Positions 1 through 13,973 of a stretch of 64,000 nucleotides of DNA are shown here, in pieces. The DNA comes from Marsupella aquatica (taxonomy: Eukaryota > Plantae > Marchantiophyta), in contig OZ316895.1 in NCBI GenBank assembly GCA_973895155.1, positions 8,606,184 to 8,670,183 on the forward strand, in the 5' to 3' direction. Both the position numbers and the translations under genes were made by a program. The notes beneath the pieces were generated by a model that did not search any database, was not told the DNA's origin, and worked only from the letters and a program-made list of their open reading frames with translations. Each line of letters opens with the position of its first letter. Position 1 is the stretch's first letter.

Positions 1-292
1 ATTAGATGCACATACTTATTCAGCACTTGGACACGACCTTCAGGTTCTCAAATGAATAGTTGTACGAATACCACAGTAAAATAATTGTCCATTAGTGACA
101 GAACTTCCAAAGTGCATCTATCGGTTGAGGAGAAATCTTTTCACTTCATTTCTACATCGATGAAGCGTGCTTTGTTGCGAAGTACGCAGGTTGGAAGCGA
201 AAAGCAGACTATCAAAACAGTTCCACTTTACTAGCACTTGAGAAGCCTCTACAATTTAATTTTAGGAGTTTTAGGGCAAAAGTAGAAGCCAT
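1..292 (-). mobile_element. Degraded LINE ORF2 5' end (APE endonuclease N-terminus), continues beyond window start
   Basis: Minus-strand translation from ATG 292 gives MASTFALKLLKLNCRGFSSASK followed by stops, matching the LINE endonuclease start motif (xKILSWNCRG). The GC-rich DNA upstream (300-2100) may be the ORF1 remnant. Confidence 0.55.
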
Positions 293-3200
293 GGACGCCA
301 GATGAACTCACCATCCGTGCTGTCGAGAATAATCGCAGATCCCCCCAGCTGATCTCTTGATGGAGATAGCATCTTTCGTCAGAGGACGCTCCGATCAAAG
401 TCTCCTCCGCGTCACATTTCTGAATTCTAGAATCTATCTCAAGAACCACGTGTATTCGTGAGACCCTCCTTCCTTTTCGTGTCCCTTCTGTTCCTTTCCC
501 AGAGTTCTAAATTAAATCCCAGAGCTTGTTGCCAATGAAGCGCGGCATCCAATTCGCTCGCCCTGCACCACCAATTCTATCCCTATCAAAATTTGAGGGC
601 AACATCCATACTTCCTACTGTGGACCGCCCCTCGTTCAACTAGCTCATCCTCGACATAACATGAAGCTGCCTTGTCTATCTCCTCCAGTGCACATGGTCG
701 ATAAGCTTGGCATCTCCTCCACCTCCTCTGAACTTCAAAATCAGTCTCGAATGATGCGATTATCGTCCTGTTGCCTTTGCGTCCTAGGCTGATTCACTCA
801 TGCAGCCCTGAACGGTTCCGATGTTCCATATAGTCAAGTCCTGATAATTATGATCATCTTCGCCGGGGATTCCTATCCCCTGTTTGCCTTATCAAGTGAG
901 TCACTGGCCAAAATCCTGTCTCAAAGACAAATTAATATATGTACAATAATAAGAGCGACATCGCTCGTCACTGGCGAGAAGACCGTCAAAGGCTCCGCTG
1001 CTACAGCAAAGTGCAACGCCACCGAGATCTTCTTCGCCTCGCCTCGCCCGGTCTGGTCTGGTCCGGCCCGGTCTCGTCTGGTCTACTGTAGTCCCCCCTC
1101 TCGTCAGACCATGCAGTATCTAGCAAGTAGGAAGTCGTCGACTGTACTCATCCATGGGCCCCGCGTCTCGACGCTTATCCCCGCTGGATCTCACGAACTT
1201 TCCTCTACCATGCTTTGGCCCCGCCAGCCCGCGACTTATCTGGTTCCCGTGTAAACCTCATCTGTCATCAATCACATTCTCCTCACCGTCGCGCATCTCA
1301 GCTCCCCATCCCAGGAGGTCGTGACCACGAATGTTATGTGCTTGCTGAGCGAGCAAACGAAACGACCGACAGAGGACGAAAATTCGTCCATGTCGTACTT
1401 TATCTTTCCTCATTCGCACATCTTCTCACACAGTCCGAAGCAAAAGGCGCCTCGGTGGTCCCACCCGCACCTCGCCAACTCGCAAATCCACTGCGACGGA
1501 CGGGGCAGCCAGCCAGCCGTGAGGCAGAATCATGAATCATGACTCATGATTCATGATGGTCCAGCGAAAGCTACAGTCCCAGACATTGCGGGAGCCAAGA
1601 AAAAAAAGCATCAATGCCGCAACCTAGCACGCTTTGTTCGCTTTCACCTGGTCCACAAACTCCAAACAACTCGAGTCCTCACATTTTTCATCAGATCCCA
1701 CTCTCTTGGCAGCAAAGTAGCAAACAGCCCGAAATTTCCGTCTCTGCTTCTTCTTTTCAGTCATTGATTCTCGCATCCACTTCACTCAGTTCACTCCTTT
1801 CCGGCAGAATGATTCGAGGCGCTTCTCCAAGCATTAAATAAAATCCGATGCACATCAGTACCGCACCGAACTTGCCAATCGAAGCGTCTCCGGTCCCGAT
1901 TCGAAATCCCGGATCACCTCCGAGAGGACCGAGACCGAATTTTGTAGCAGCCCGAGCTCCGTGAATCGCTCCACTACTCGAGCGCCATTCTTTCCCCCGT
2001 TCCGCCATTCCGCTCCAATGCCAATTCAGGATTACGCTGACAAGTTTGGGATTAATTAGTGACACCAGACTTTTTGCCCCGAGCAAAAAGTCACGAACTG
2101 TACACGATGATTATGATTCTCCTCTCGATGTACCACTCAATCAATCGAGATCCCCTTTCGGTCGAATAAGCCCGTATGGGCCATAATGTTTGACGAACAA
2201 CTCGCATGGACCGTTGCTTTCAATTTAAGTAATGTTTTTCTTTTGTACATATGGCTACAATTTCGGGGCTCCCAATGCAAAGCTACTTGGCGTGGCTAGT
2301 GTCTAGAGTGAAGCTTCTATCTGACCCATAACTCTCAATAAAGACACAACTTAAAATAAGAGTGGATGAAAATAAGAGTGGACAAACACAGGGAGAGGGA
2401 TGAGGGCAAAGATGATTGGAAATATAATAGAATTTATTCATTTTTGCAGGATGAGAGCAAAGAGGTCATCTCTATTTACATTCAAGGAATTGGCAATCAG
2501 GCTAGTACCTACGATGGTGAGAAACAACACAAGGCACCAACCTGGGAGGCACTACCAAAGACCCAGTAAAGGGGAGAAAACAAGGGAAAAAGTCTAGAGT
2601 CCTCAACAACTAAGTACAAAAGCACCAAGAGCTAACTTGCAGGTGGGCAATCCTCAAGAATTCTACCCTTAGCACTCCTTGACAAGAAAAGCAGGTCTAG
2701 CTTATGAATAATATCTCAATTTCTCGCAAAACCTGTGAAAGAATGTATTTCAAAGTAGGGGACCTCTGGTCCATGGTTCTCCATTACATATGTTGTCGGG
2801 CCTGTGTGACAAGGTGCTTGAGACACAAAATTATCTATCAATGTTTGGATATTATCCGATTAAGTTTAGAGCTGGAAGACAAAGGGTTGCCCACATGCAA
2901 GTTGGCTCTAATACCCTACATAGTAATGAACTAAAACTCTACCAGAGAGCTGTAGAATAGCTCCGGAGTAAACCTCACAGAAGAGTCATGAAAGAATAGG
3001 TACTTTTTTTGTTTCTTTCCAATATTCTCTCAAGTTTTTACTTAAGCTAATTAAGCTAACATTATGGTTAACAAATTGTGGGCCATGATGTTCTCTCAAA
3101 GTAGGGCTGACACCCTTATTTTTGGATTACATCCACAATGCCCTCCATAACCAGGACCTTAAATCCCTCTCTTTCAATCCCTTCAACATTTTCTCCTTGT

Positions 3201-4710
3201 ATCTATTTTGTACGTGAAGAAAGAGAATGCCCATCACAGGAATGCGAGGGCATTGTGGTATTTGTCCTCTCCTTGTCTGCTGGTAAAATAAGTGAAATCT
3301 CAAATTGGGGCTGTCTTTGAGTGTGAAGAGAAGAACAAACAAACCAGAAAGTCGGAGTAAAAAATATTTCAGGATTTAATGTGTTGGCTACACCTTACCA
3401 GGGCATTATGGGCAATAATAGTCCCTAAAAGCTTGAGTTAAAGCCATTTTTTTGGGCCAATACAACCCACAATGCTCTAAAAACAGGGCATTCTTGTATG
3501 CAAAAAACATACAGATGCTTTTATTTGACACTTTCCAGAAATCTGTAAGGTGCCAGTCTTACCCAATCCAATACATGACTACCCAAAATTACAATCCAGA
3601 TGTGTGATGACTCATCCCATGCCCCCAATGGTCAATTGCTAATTTGCTTAATCCATTGCACTAACAAAAATGATCTTGGCATCTTGCAAGATGCTCTTCT
3701 TGCGTGCTCTTCTTGCATGCTTAGCCAAGATCATTTTTGTTAGTGCAATCTCCCTATGCAAGAAGAGCACTGGCATCCGGACTACTATGGTTGGCTTTAA
3801 GCAGATGGTCCCTAGTATAGGAATTTCATAGAATTGCTTCATGGTTATCATCAAGGCGTAGAACCCCCATTCTATACACAACAGTATTTTTGAGCATCTC
3901 ATGAGCCATTTCTTTGATCTAGAATCAAATGACTGAAATGCACTGGACAGGCAAAGTACCACAACACATACTCAGCAACCTCTGCTCTGCTAACTTTTGC
4001 AGCTGACCAAATATAGACTTGGGATGGGCAACCTGGAAATTAATGTGCTGATATGAGTCTGTGCCATCAGCATGGGCTACAGCGAATGTAGTCCCAAGAT
4101 AAAGCCCATGACCCCCTAACAGGCCATAGGTTAGCCAGTGTAACCCCTGACACTCTTATTTCACAACAAAATCTGAGAGTCAGCAAAGCTGGCTGGGGTT
4201 TATGAGATTGGAACTGACTTCCAGATAAGACTAACGATGGGGTTACAACTGGGACTGGATCTCCCCTGAAGCTACAAAAAGGAGGAAGAGGGATCATGTG
4301 GAGGGGAGGTGAGCCTAAATGGGTTACACCCATGACCTGTGAACAGCCTATGGGTTACCAAGCATAAACCCTCCTTGTGAGTCTTCAAAAACACTGTCCT
4401 TGGGAGAATCACATCTTTGATCTCCCCCCAGATCTCCCCAAGTAACAAGAAGGTTCAAATTGAATAATCTTAGTGCCAGGTTGGCAAAGGGGTTATGATC
4501 ATTCCATGGCCTTCAACAAAAGTACAAACTAAGGAAGAGAACAAGGAGGGTTTTATGATTTAGGTTGATGGTTCTGGTAGGGAAACTCATTTATTATAAC
4601 CCCTTGGGTCACACTCTTAGATTCCTGCCCGATTAGGTGATAAGCGAGTGACATCCATTCCTAAGGGTGAAGTCGTCTTTTGTGTGCAAAGGGCTTTCAT
4701 TGGTGGACCC

Positions 4711-7700
4711 TTTTTTTTTGCCTTGAAACATCCAATTGAAATCCATTGAACGAGAAAACATACAACAGGGTGGCCCACAAAAGGGGGGGGGGGGGACAAC
4801 AGCCAAAGGGGACCGGGAGTCAAAGCAAGAGACCAGTGGAGCCAGCACCAAGATTGAGGAGAGGCTTCAATAGAGAGACAGCTAAACAAGACCTTCAACA
4901 ACTATAGGGGGAGTAGCACACTCTATAAGAATGGCCATTGAAGAGGCCCCAACAAGGGACCATCCAGTGGGTCTATGACAAGAAGAAATCCTCTCAATCT
5001 ATCTATTGGACAAACCCCTACCCTCAAAGCAATCTACAACTCATGGAGGTCTAGGAAGCACCGGGGGAACCTGGAGAATCTCCTCATGAATCGCTCAAAG
5101 GCCAGCGTAAGAGCCATAGTTTAGAGCCATGTCAGCAAAGACACCACTGGTAGTAGCCTTCCCAAGTCTCAATTTCCATCTATGACAAGCCCAATCCTCT
5201 TGCATATAGACGTTGAGCTTGTGCCAGGATTTGCAGATGACAACATGAGAATCTGAGCAAGTATGTTCAATGAAGTGTGAGCTCCTATCCTTCCAAATAT
5301 TCCAGGTAGCAATGACCCTAAGAATGTCCCTAAGCTTTTGAGGTCATCCCACTCTGGCCTCCGGAAGCTGTTCAACAAGGAAAATGTGGGCTGGCTAGTG
5401 CGCTGTAGGGTAGAATGGAATTGGCTAGTGGGTAAAAAGCCGCAAAGTATAGTGGACCCAATTCCACACACGTTGAGAGATGGGACAACTCTAAATGCAA
5501 TGTCAGTACTATGTCCTCCTAAACCCCATTGGTGCAGCGTGTGCATCAGGTGGTAGGATCCGAAGCCGTGGTAGGAAAGTGCCAGTGTTGAGTAGCAGAA
5601 ATATTAATGGTAGATTATCTGCCAAAGAAAACAATTGTCAAAAGAGACCCAAAATGTGAGCCAGGTCTGACGCCAAAGCTCCTGTGGGTTGGGTCGCCAA
5701 TAAACTGAGATATATAGACCACTTTGTGCAATGCTCTATGCAAAACACTTCGTTTCTCTCTTGGCCTTGCATCTCCCAAAGGTGTGCGATGTTGGTATCA
5801 AAAAAGGGCCTACCATCCTTCCAACTATATTGTGTAGCAGCCTCCAAGTCCCCACCTGATCTTCCAATGTGCTACCAGGCACATGCCCTAGAAGATGGCC
5901 AAGTCAGTAATGGGTGGAGAGGGACCCACGACGGAGGTTGAGACTTTTCAGCGTTTAATCCATTACACACAACGAAGGTGTACATATAACAAGGCTAGCA
6001 GCAAAGAAGGTTCTCCATTGAGAGGTGAACTCAAGTGGTTCCTCTGCACCTTGAAATTCCCACACAACATGGGATAGATCAAGGAGATTGTCTTCCATCT
6101 AAGACAATTACTATCTACCGTTGCCGGTCTGAGTCCGCCTGTAGGTTGGTGATCATTTTACTATAAGCATGGGCATAGCTATGGGGCAGCCAAGTGCAAG
6201 GACCTGAAATTGAGCAGCAATAGAGATGAGCCCTAAAGCTCCAAAATTCTTTGGTCTCGTAATAGTCACAAAATCCACCCGGGATCGGGCCTTCTCATTC
6301 TGTCCAGCCTAGACAAAGCGGGTCACCTTCTTCTGAATGGCATCAAGAGTGGCTAGCTTCCTAGCCCACACAGTAAGCATGTACCCAAGCGTGCTAAGCA
6401 CCAGGTGGTTGGCAATTATAATCTGCACAGCCAAAGAGGAAGAGCTCCTTCGCCTTTGGTCCAAATGATTCTCCAATTTTTTCCAGAAAGTGCACGCACC
6501 ATTTGCTCCTTTGAGAATTTTGAGCAACAAGTATGCCTAACAACTTACTCACATCTTAATTTGTCTCCCATTTCCATGGCAGCCGTTGGAATTCTCCGGG
6601 GTTTCACTTTCACAAAAATGACATATCACGTGCGACAAAGGATATGGTCATTTTATTGGTTTTAAGGGAAGACTTAAGAATTTTTTCAGAAGAACAATAG
6701 GTTCTTTTAAATCACAAATAAGTATATTTAAACTCTGGGTGACCCAAAGTTGGCATGCAAAAAATGCAATAGTTGTGTTTGCGGATGGATGATTATTCGC
6801 GACCCTTCAATCGTCACTCATAAACATCTCATCCGTTCACAAAATCAGATGATCTACGGCTCAAAATGACACTCTTTCAAAGATCTACGGCTTAGAAAAA
6901 TCAGCACTCAGAAAGCACAAAAAATGAGTAAGAAAAACAAGAAAAATGAATAGAGCATTCTGATTGGTTTAGAGAGAAAATTTGAATTTCAAATGTTTGG
7001 CAGGCCGGCCAGGGGACAAGTGGCCTGTGGAAATAGCGGGTGAAAAATTAGGGGAAGGCAAGGGTAGTGGGCGCTGAGTGGGTTGCACCGGGTGAGGGCG
7101 TAGGAACACCCAAGCATGTTGTGCATCTATTATTCAATTAGAGTTCTTGGTCCTTTAATGTGTACACGAAGAGCCTCCCTATGCAATCGGATAGAACACT
7201 CGCCTGTGAAACAATAGGTCCTGGGTTCAAAACTTGTAGGTTGTGTTGTTGATGCGCAATTGTTTTTGTGTGTAGTGCTGGAACTCTCTGTAAGTGACAA
7301 CTAACAACCCGGCTTGTCTCACCCGTTGTCTCACAGACTGGGCCAACCAAAATTTTCTGCCATCTTCTTGTTCTATAGCACAACCAAAGAGGAGGAGGCA
7401 TGGGTACTGTAGCATGTAGAAATTGCAAAATGAGACCATCTATTCAAACTTTCTCCATGAGTCCAAGAAGAAAATGTCATTCCAACATGTCAAAAGCCTT
7501 GGTAACATCAAGATTCATGAGAATGTAGTCAAACTTAATTTGCTCAGCATGGTGAAGCTATACATTAAGCAATAGAAGAGAGTGGTGTATATTCCTGCTA
7601 GGGAGAAAGGCAAATTGTTGCGGAGAGATGAATCTCTCCATGCAGAACCGGATCAGTCTCATCTGGAAAGCTTTGGCTCTAAGCAATGTGATTGGGCGCT

Positions 7701-8560
7701 TGTTGTTGAGGTATTAACATTGATCTCCTTAGCTTTCTTGCACAAAAGTACTATGACGCCCCATGTAAATTCAGGATGAAGAGCTCTACTAGTCATTCCA
7801 TGTATCAACTCCCTATGCAAAGCTGCTCACACTACTATCCAGCTGGCCACCCAAAATTCCACCGGTACATCATCAAGGCCAGGGCATTATTTTGTTGATG
7901 GCAAGGGATTTGGCGGCCAAGAAGAGCTCCTCCAGGGCCAAAGGTGAGTTAAGGGGTGCCTGGTCATTTCTCACAGTCATTCTCATCAATACGCTTATGA
8001 ATAATTATCCTTATCTAAAGAGAGTCCCTTGACGGTGCCTGGAGCACTTGTCCCCATCCTTAATCCATCTGGCTTGCACAACCTGGTCCACCCAACAAAT
8101 CTTTTCAACTTCAAAGACCAAAAGGGCCCTATCAGCCACCTGCACATCAGCCTGGGCCACCTCGCATTGAGGGTCCACCTCAAGACGGAGCTGGGCAAGT
8201 GCTAAAACCCCCCTGAGGTTTCTCTCCTTCAGGTGCCTTTCTTCAGCCTGCCGCTTTTCTCCAAGCCCGATCCATCTTCTGGGCCGTCTTAATTAAGGCA
8301 GTGGATCAAAGTCACATCTGGAGCCAACCCCAAGCTTATACATTTGAGTACCTCCTTCTCCCACGGAGCTATGATGTGATTTTGATACAACTTGAATGTG
8401 GTTTTGGTGCTGGTGGACCCCTTTTTGGGATGGTGGTTTGTGCAAAGCTTGAATGTCCACTTATGATGCTTGAACTCAAAACCTCACTTGAGGCAATGAA
8501 GATTGCTAGTGCTGGGCTATGCTTGTTTGGATGAGCAGCGTAGAGCCAACCTTGCACTTA
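4711..8560 (-). mobile_element. Degraded L1-clade non-LTR retrotransposon (RT region and 3' end), interrupted by other insertions
   Basis: Minus-strand RT motifs CPGLDDVPVEFW (~7850-7885), DYILMNLDVTKAFDMLE (~7480-7530), SVRQ (~7330) and QIIIANHLVLSTLGY (~6380-6430). Many stops and frameshifts. A9 on the minus strand at 4711-4719 is a candidate poly(A) tail. Boundaries are approximate. Confidence 0.7.
6594..6712. mobile_element. One terminus of the same MITE family as 31190-31485 (opposite orientation)
   Basis: ctccggggtttcactttcacaaaaatgacatatcacgtgcgacaaaggatatggtcattttattgg... closely matches the reverse complement of ~31370-31485. The second terminus and TSD were not found. Confidence 0.75.
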
Positions 8561-8714
8561 TGTGGATTCATGTGTCCAATGGGCAACACACAATATTGGG
8601 CAGAATTGAATGATCATGGGACTAAATAATTAAACCAACATCTTCTGGATGAAGGACTAAATAATTAAACCACCATCTTCTGGACTTTATGGATTGCAAA
8701 GATGGATTCCAGAC

Positions 8715-9475
8715 TTGACGGGTCCCTTTGGAGGGTCTGCAGTTAGGAATCCAAAAACTGTAGTAACTCTCCAACGGTAGTTGTCAAGTCCACCTTTGTT
8801 ACTCAGAGTGCAACCACTTGACTCAAAGCACCACAAAAACCTACAATATATCAAATTTTGATAAAATCTAATAATTTATTGGATGACTAAGTGGAATCGT
8901 CTGAACCTAGAATTGCATTGTATGATCTCTAATGTTGTAGCTATGGTAAAAACTGACAAAAGGGCTTTGGACACCTTTAAAGCTTATTATTAAACATCAC
9001 TATTTTACAAACTGCAATCTACAATTGTGCTCTTTTTGCAGGTACCTAGAGCAAACTAAGTTAGTCTAACCAGAACTGAGCTAGGTACTCCTGGAATAAG
9101 GGTAGCAGTATTATGCTTTTGGGAAGCAAATGACTTAAAAGTTCCCAAATTAAGATTTTTAAAGGTAATATTTTTTAAGAGATTTTTAGGAGTATAAGAG
9201 TGAGTGTTAAGGAAATATCCAAAAAGTCCAAACTTTTTAAGTAGGTACAGTAGCTTGAACATAAGAGAGCACAACAAACAATTAAATCTAAAAAAAATTC
9301 ATTTCATCATCCAATCAAATAAAAAGTTTATAAAAATTTAATGTTTTGTAGGTTTTGTGGCACCCCGAGTCAAACAGTCGCTCCGTGAACAGCAGAGATG
9401 GACACTAAGAAGAATGTGGCTGAACTACTATGTTTATTGGACTTTCACTACCGACCATTGAAGGGCCCTGGTCAT
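8715..9475. mobile_element. Old MITE-like element with long degenerate terminal inverted repeats (Mutator-like architecture)
   Basis: 8715-8890 (ttgactcaaagcaccacaaaaacctacaatatatcaaattttgataaa...ttggatga) is an imperfect inverse of 9300-9475 (tcatccaatc...tttataaaaatttaatgttttgtaggttttgtggcaccccgagtcaa). The interior is AT-rich and non-coding. No TSD resolved. Confidence 0.55.
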
Positions 9476-11248
9476 TCCTGACAAGAAGTCTCATCAAGTC
9501 CCCCTCCCACGCACATTCAAGGGGTGTGGACTGTGGAGGGTATATGTGTGTTTGTGTGAGTGGGGTGAATGTAAATCAATGAATGCCCACCATATATTGT
9601 AACAGTTGGCTGTGTGATTACAGACAAGGGGGGTGTAGTGGTAGGAGTATTGGTTTTTCCTCTGCCTTTGGCAGCTAGCTTTGTGGTAGTGGTCCAACCC
9701 TCTCCCCTTCTTCATGGTATGGGTCCCTTGAGGATTCCCAAGTATCATCCCCCCTTGTGGGCTACCCTACACTGGTGGATACTCCAAAGTATAACTTCTA
9801 TCCTATCCTGTGAGGGATGGGACTACTTTGGGCGTTCAAGGGAAGAAAGGGCTTTCAAGGCAACAAGAAGGGATGGGTCTACTTTGGGCTTTGAAAGGAA
9901 AAACGAGCTTTCAAGGCAACAAGAAGAAGTCTCATCGAGAATACTGCAATCTCCCAATAAACTCGTGCATAATGGGGTTGCGTGTGACGACATTGACCAC
10001 TCCTCGTCATTGCGACGGAGTACCATTAATTTTACTGACAAGGTGCTGCTCCTCTGACCTCTGGCTTCCGAACGAGGTCTTGACATCAATCATGACGTGC
10101 AGCACAGACTCCGCTGGCAAAGAGACTCCTGATTGATTTCCGCCGTTGTTTTCTCGAGGGCTGTGCTATTGACGGTCCGGTAAGTGTGTTGCATCTTCGT
10201 GCTCCTCATCGCTGCCGATGAAGTCAAGAGGCCGATGAGGTCGATGAGGTTGATATGAGAATCTGAGGTAGCAGGGACGAAATTCGAAGCTGTCATTGAT
10301 TGGCGCCGTCGTTGCCTCGAGGCGTTGCTGTTGACGTTTTGCTGAACCGATTGTAGCCGGCCGCGACTGCTGTCAATCGATCTTTGGGACAGCAATTCCC
10401 ATCGTCGAGAGCGAGAAGATGACGACCGTGAAAGGTGATTCGTTGAGTGAGTCAATTAGGCATGAAAGAAATGAGGGTTTGTTGTTCGAGTTCATTGCGA
10501 GAGGAAAATTAGAGGTCCCTTCGGACGAGTTATGGCCGGAATGAGCAATCGGGAGCTCGAGGCTGTCTGTCGGTCTGTATATGATCGCATTTGCTATTCC
10601 TCACGAGTAAAGAAAGCAGGAGAATGAAGGAATGCTAAACAGAGCTTTTGAAGTTGCCAAGAGTTGCAGCAAAGGAAGTAGATTACTGGATCCCTGAAAA
10701 TTGAGTGAGACATGGCTGGGACCAAAAACACCGTGCGCAGATCTGTGATGAGGATGTGATACCCTTGAAACAGCATTGAATCTATGTTCCGTGATTCGGA
10801 GTAAGACGGCAGAGGCTTGACTGAATGTCAAATGAAGTCAATATATACAGCACAGTACAGGAATAAGATTATAATAAATATTTGAGGTCTGTAATTGGAC
10901 AATGCGGTAAGCGAAAGTAAGCGAAAGTAACACGGATGACTGGAGTCGAGAAAACTAGAAATACGTTTGTTCATTTGTGGCTGAGATGAAGAGTTTGCGG
11001 CCATGGTGAGAGGCGAACGAAATTTTCACCTTACTGTCGAAATTTTGCTTGTAGTGCAATTCATTTTTGTGCCTAGTTCATTTTCTTTTAAGAGCAATGG
11101 GATTGGATCAGTTTTCTCGATCTATCCCGAGCCACAGTAAATAGCGTGTTTGTGAAAATTGGAGAGAAGCACGAGTTGCTAAGAATTTCCTTCCTGGATT
11201 AGAAAATTGAAGGCATTGGTTCCGATCATCTCTCTCTCTTACTTCGTG

Positions 11249-12277
11249 ATGCTTTTGATGTGTCTCTTGATGACGTTATTAGAAAATGCAGTGGAGAAGT
11301 ACAAGGTCCCACTGAATGCGAAAATTCTGGGCTCAATTTTGGGTCTCGTGGATACGTTCATCTATCGGAAGGACATGACCGTCAATCGAAAACTACAGGC
11401 CTTTCTGGACCAAAAAACACCTGCCAGTTCTAAGCCCCAGGAGGGCATTTCCACCAAAGATGTTGTGATCGATGCTGCCAACAATGTATGGGTTAGGGTC
11501 TTCAAACTTGAGGAACAAAATGGCGATTCCCAGATAAAGCTTCCCCTGATCATTTACTACCATGGCGGAGGCTTCGTAGGACTCTGTGCAGACTTGGCTT
11601 CGTACGACAAGTTCTGTAGGACCGTAGCGAAGGCGTGCAGTGCAGTGGTGGTCTCAGTGAATTACAGGAGGGCACCGGAGCATCCCTACCCGACTCCCTA
11701 TGATGATTGCTACAGCGTTTTTAATTGGTTAAGATCACCAGAGTCCAGTGAGCATCTCCCAGCTGGAGTGGATTTATCGCAATGTTTTCTCATGGGCGAC
11801 AGTGCAGGTGGGAATATAGTGCACTTCATGGGATGCCGAGCTGCCGAGAACGACATCAGTCCTCTCCAAATTCGAGCCATGGTGGAATTGCAACCCTTCT
11901 ACGGAGGAGAGGAGCTCACTCCTGCGGAGATCAACATCAAGCCGCCCGTCCTTCCCCTTGCGACTGCTCATTGGGCATGGAGGGCGTTCCTTCCGGGGGA
12001 GAACAGAGACCACCCTGCCTGTAATGTCTTCGGCCCCAACGCCCCTGATATCTCACACCTAGCCTTGCCTCCCATTCTGGTAATGATTGGTACACTTGAC
12101 ATTCTCCAGGACAGGCAAGAAGCATATGTCGTGAAGCTCAAGGAGGTCGGTAAGGACGTCACGATGCTGAAATACGTCGGTGGTTATCATGCGTTCTACA
12201 TTCTGGTGCGTAGTGATTTGGCAGACAAGGCCATGGCAGACGTCTATGAGTTTATCAACTCTCACAAAATTCAATAA
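11249..12277 (+). CDS. Carboxylesterase (CXE, HSL/GID1-like alpha/beta hydrolase)
   Basis: Uninterrupted ORF with oxyanion motif HGGGF, nucleophile elbow GDSAGG, catalytic Asp (GTLDIL) and His (GYHAF), plus VNYRRAPEHPYP. The start is uncertain: 11249 is the first in-frame ATG, but DNA before ~11282 looks intron-like, so a small upstream exon is possible. Confidence 0.93.
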   Translation: MLLMCLLMTLLENAVEKYKVPLNAKILGSILGLVDTFIYRKDMTVNRKLQAFLDQKTPASSKPQEGISTKDVVIDAANNVWVRVFKLEEQNGDSQIKLPLIIYYHGGGFVGLCADLASYDKFCRTVAKACSAVVVSVNYRRAPEHPYPTPYDDCYSVFNWLRSPESSEHLPAGVDLSQCFLMGDSAGGNIVHFMGCRAAENDISPLQIRAMVELQPFYGGEELTPAEINIKPPVLPLATAHWAWRAFLPGENRDHPACNVFGPNAPDISHLALPPILVMIGTLDILQDRQEAYVVKLKEVGKDVTMLKYVGGYHAFYILVRSDLADKAMADVYEFINSHKIQ

Positions 12278-13553
12278 CTAACGGGAATGACAACTCTGGT
12301 CAGCACCCCCATATTATAGGAACTGTTCACTGCATTTTAAAGCTTGTGATTGATAGTTTATGCAGCGATCTAAGGTTTCCCCTAAGAGACCTGAGCAAAA
12401 TTCGTTCCGGTTGTGGAGAACTGGCACCTTGGGGACGGTGGTGTCGTCTGCCAAGGTCTAAGTTGAGACCTTCTGTATAAGTTTTTCACCAACAGAGGAT
12501 TACTGCACATAAGGAATGTCCAGATAACCAAAAATTGCAGATGAGACAGAGATTTTCTTCTGAAATTAGGAGATGTCCAGATAACAAAGATTGCAAATTA
12601 GAAAGAGATTGATCTGAAGATATGTACAGAACGGGAAGACCATTTCTATCAAAGACAGACACTTTCCGCTCTCGAAATTCTTCCACTCCAATTGTCGTTG
12701 CTGGGTCAATGCAAGAGTTTTACGTGACCCTCAAAGCAGCGCAAAGTCACAAAGTCGGGCTTCAAGAGAGAGAAGCTCCCAATGAACATTTCCATGACTC
12801 ATTCCAAGATTGAATTGCAAGAGATTCGGATTCGAATTATTTAATGGCTACAGATAATAGAACAGCTTCGAGAACACTTTTGGCTCGGTGAAGCCTTTTC
12901 CCAGTGCAGGTGCTATGGCTCGATTGGACACTTGTGTGTACAGTATAATTTGAGATCCTCGCATGCTGTGTAAGTACCGAATTAACTATGGCAAGATTTT
13001 GGGTCACTAATCGGAATTCAAGAGGGCTGCAAGATTAGGGACTGGGACACCTTCGCAACTGTCTGCCTGCAAACGGTAGCTCACACCCCTCACCTCTCAT
13101 TTGTCTCTCGCAAAATATTTCAATCACATCCTTCAAACTGTCGCATTATATTACTTGTGCATATTTTCTTCATATTATCAGCATCACTATTGATTGCGGA
13201 GTGTTTTATGACCTGGCTTGGGAATTAGATCCAGACCACCCATCAACCGGGAGGTTCGAGTGTGCATGCACATCTGAATTATAATAATTGATGTAGCTAG
13301 TATATTGCCATGATGAACCATTTGCTACCTAAGAAAGAGTGAGAATAAACTACAAAGATGTCTTGCTTGCCAACATAGTTGATGGACAGTCATCACCACA
13401 ATTTTCACAAATGCATTTTGGAATTGTTTGAAATTGAAATGTGCATAAAGGTGTCATTATAGTTTGTTTGCATTTTCATGTAATTGTGGATTGAAGGACT
13501 ACTCTTCATATCCATAGTCTTTCCTTATGTACGCAAACTAAACAGGTGGTACT

Positions 13554-13973
13554 CTATTGTGAAGAACTTGCAAGTTTCTCCATAAGTATGTCAGTCAAAC
13601 GTGTCATCTGCTCGGTTGTTGTGTTTGCTGCTGTGGTAATTGCTGTGGCCAACAATTGCTTCCCGCTGTCAAATTGACACTCATGCTCTCGGATGTTACA
13701 CAGACGATCTCGAATTTCTAGATTATGCTTTGCCATCTCTAAACAAGTGTTGGCCATACTTTTTAAATATGCTAGACTATCACTACCGGACGTGGCAGCT
13801 TTGCGCTTCACACCTCGATTGCTCGGGCCAGCAAAGTCATGAGGGGATGATGGTCCCCGGACACCACCTGTATTCTCAATATTCTGTTGCGCAGTCTCTT
13901 GCATTGGTCCTGAAAAGTGTGTCCGGCTCAATGGTGTAGACATGTCGTCGTCAACCTCTACATCATCTTCACC
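13554..13973 (-). other. Orphan terminal exon, low-complexity then helical; possibly the tail of a transposon-derived (Harbinger Myb/SANT-type) ORF
   Basis: Acceptor tttatag|gtgaagatgat at ~13973 opens ~140 codons with a KRK basic patch and an amphipathic end (MTRLTDILMEKLASS). No upstream exons were recognised, and the family assignment is an inference. Confidence 0.3.

Noticed and set aside
2200-4600. Possible further retroelement remnant
   Set aside because: The composition is suggestive, but no diagnostic motif could be read confidently.
11249-12277. Calling the hydrolase a GID1 gibberellin receptor
   Set aside because: The catalytic His is retained (GYHAF), whereas GID1 receptors replace it with Val/Ile, so this is a CXE enzyme.
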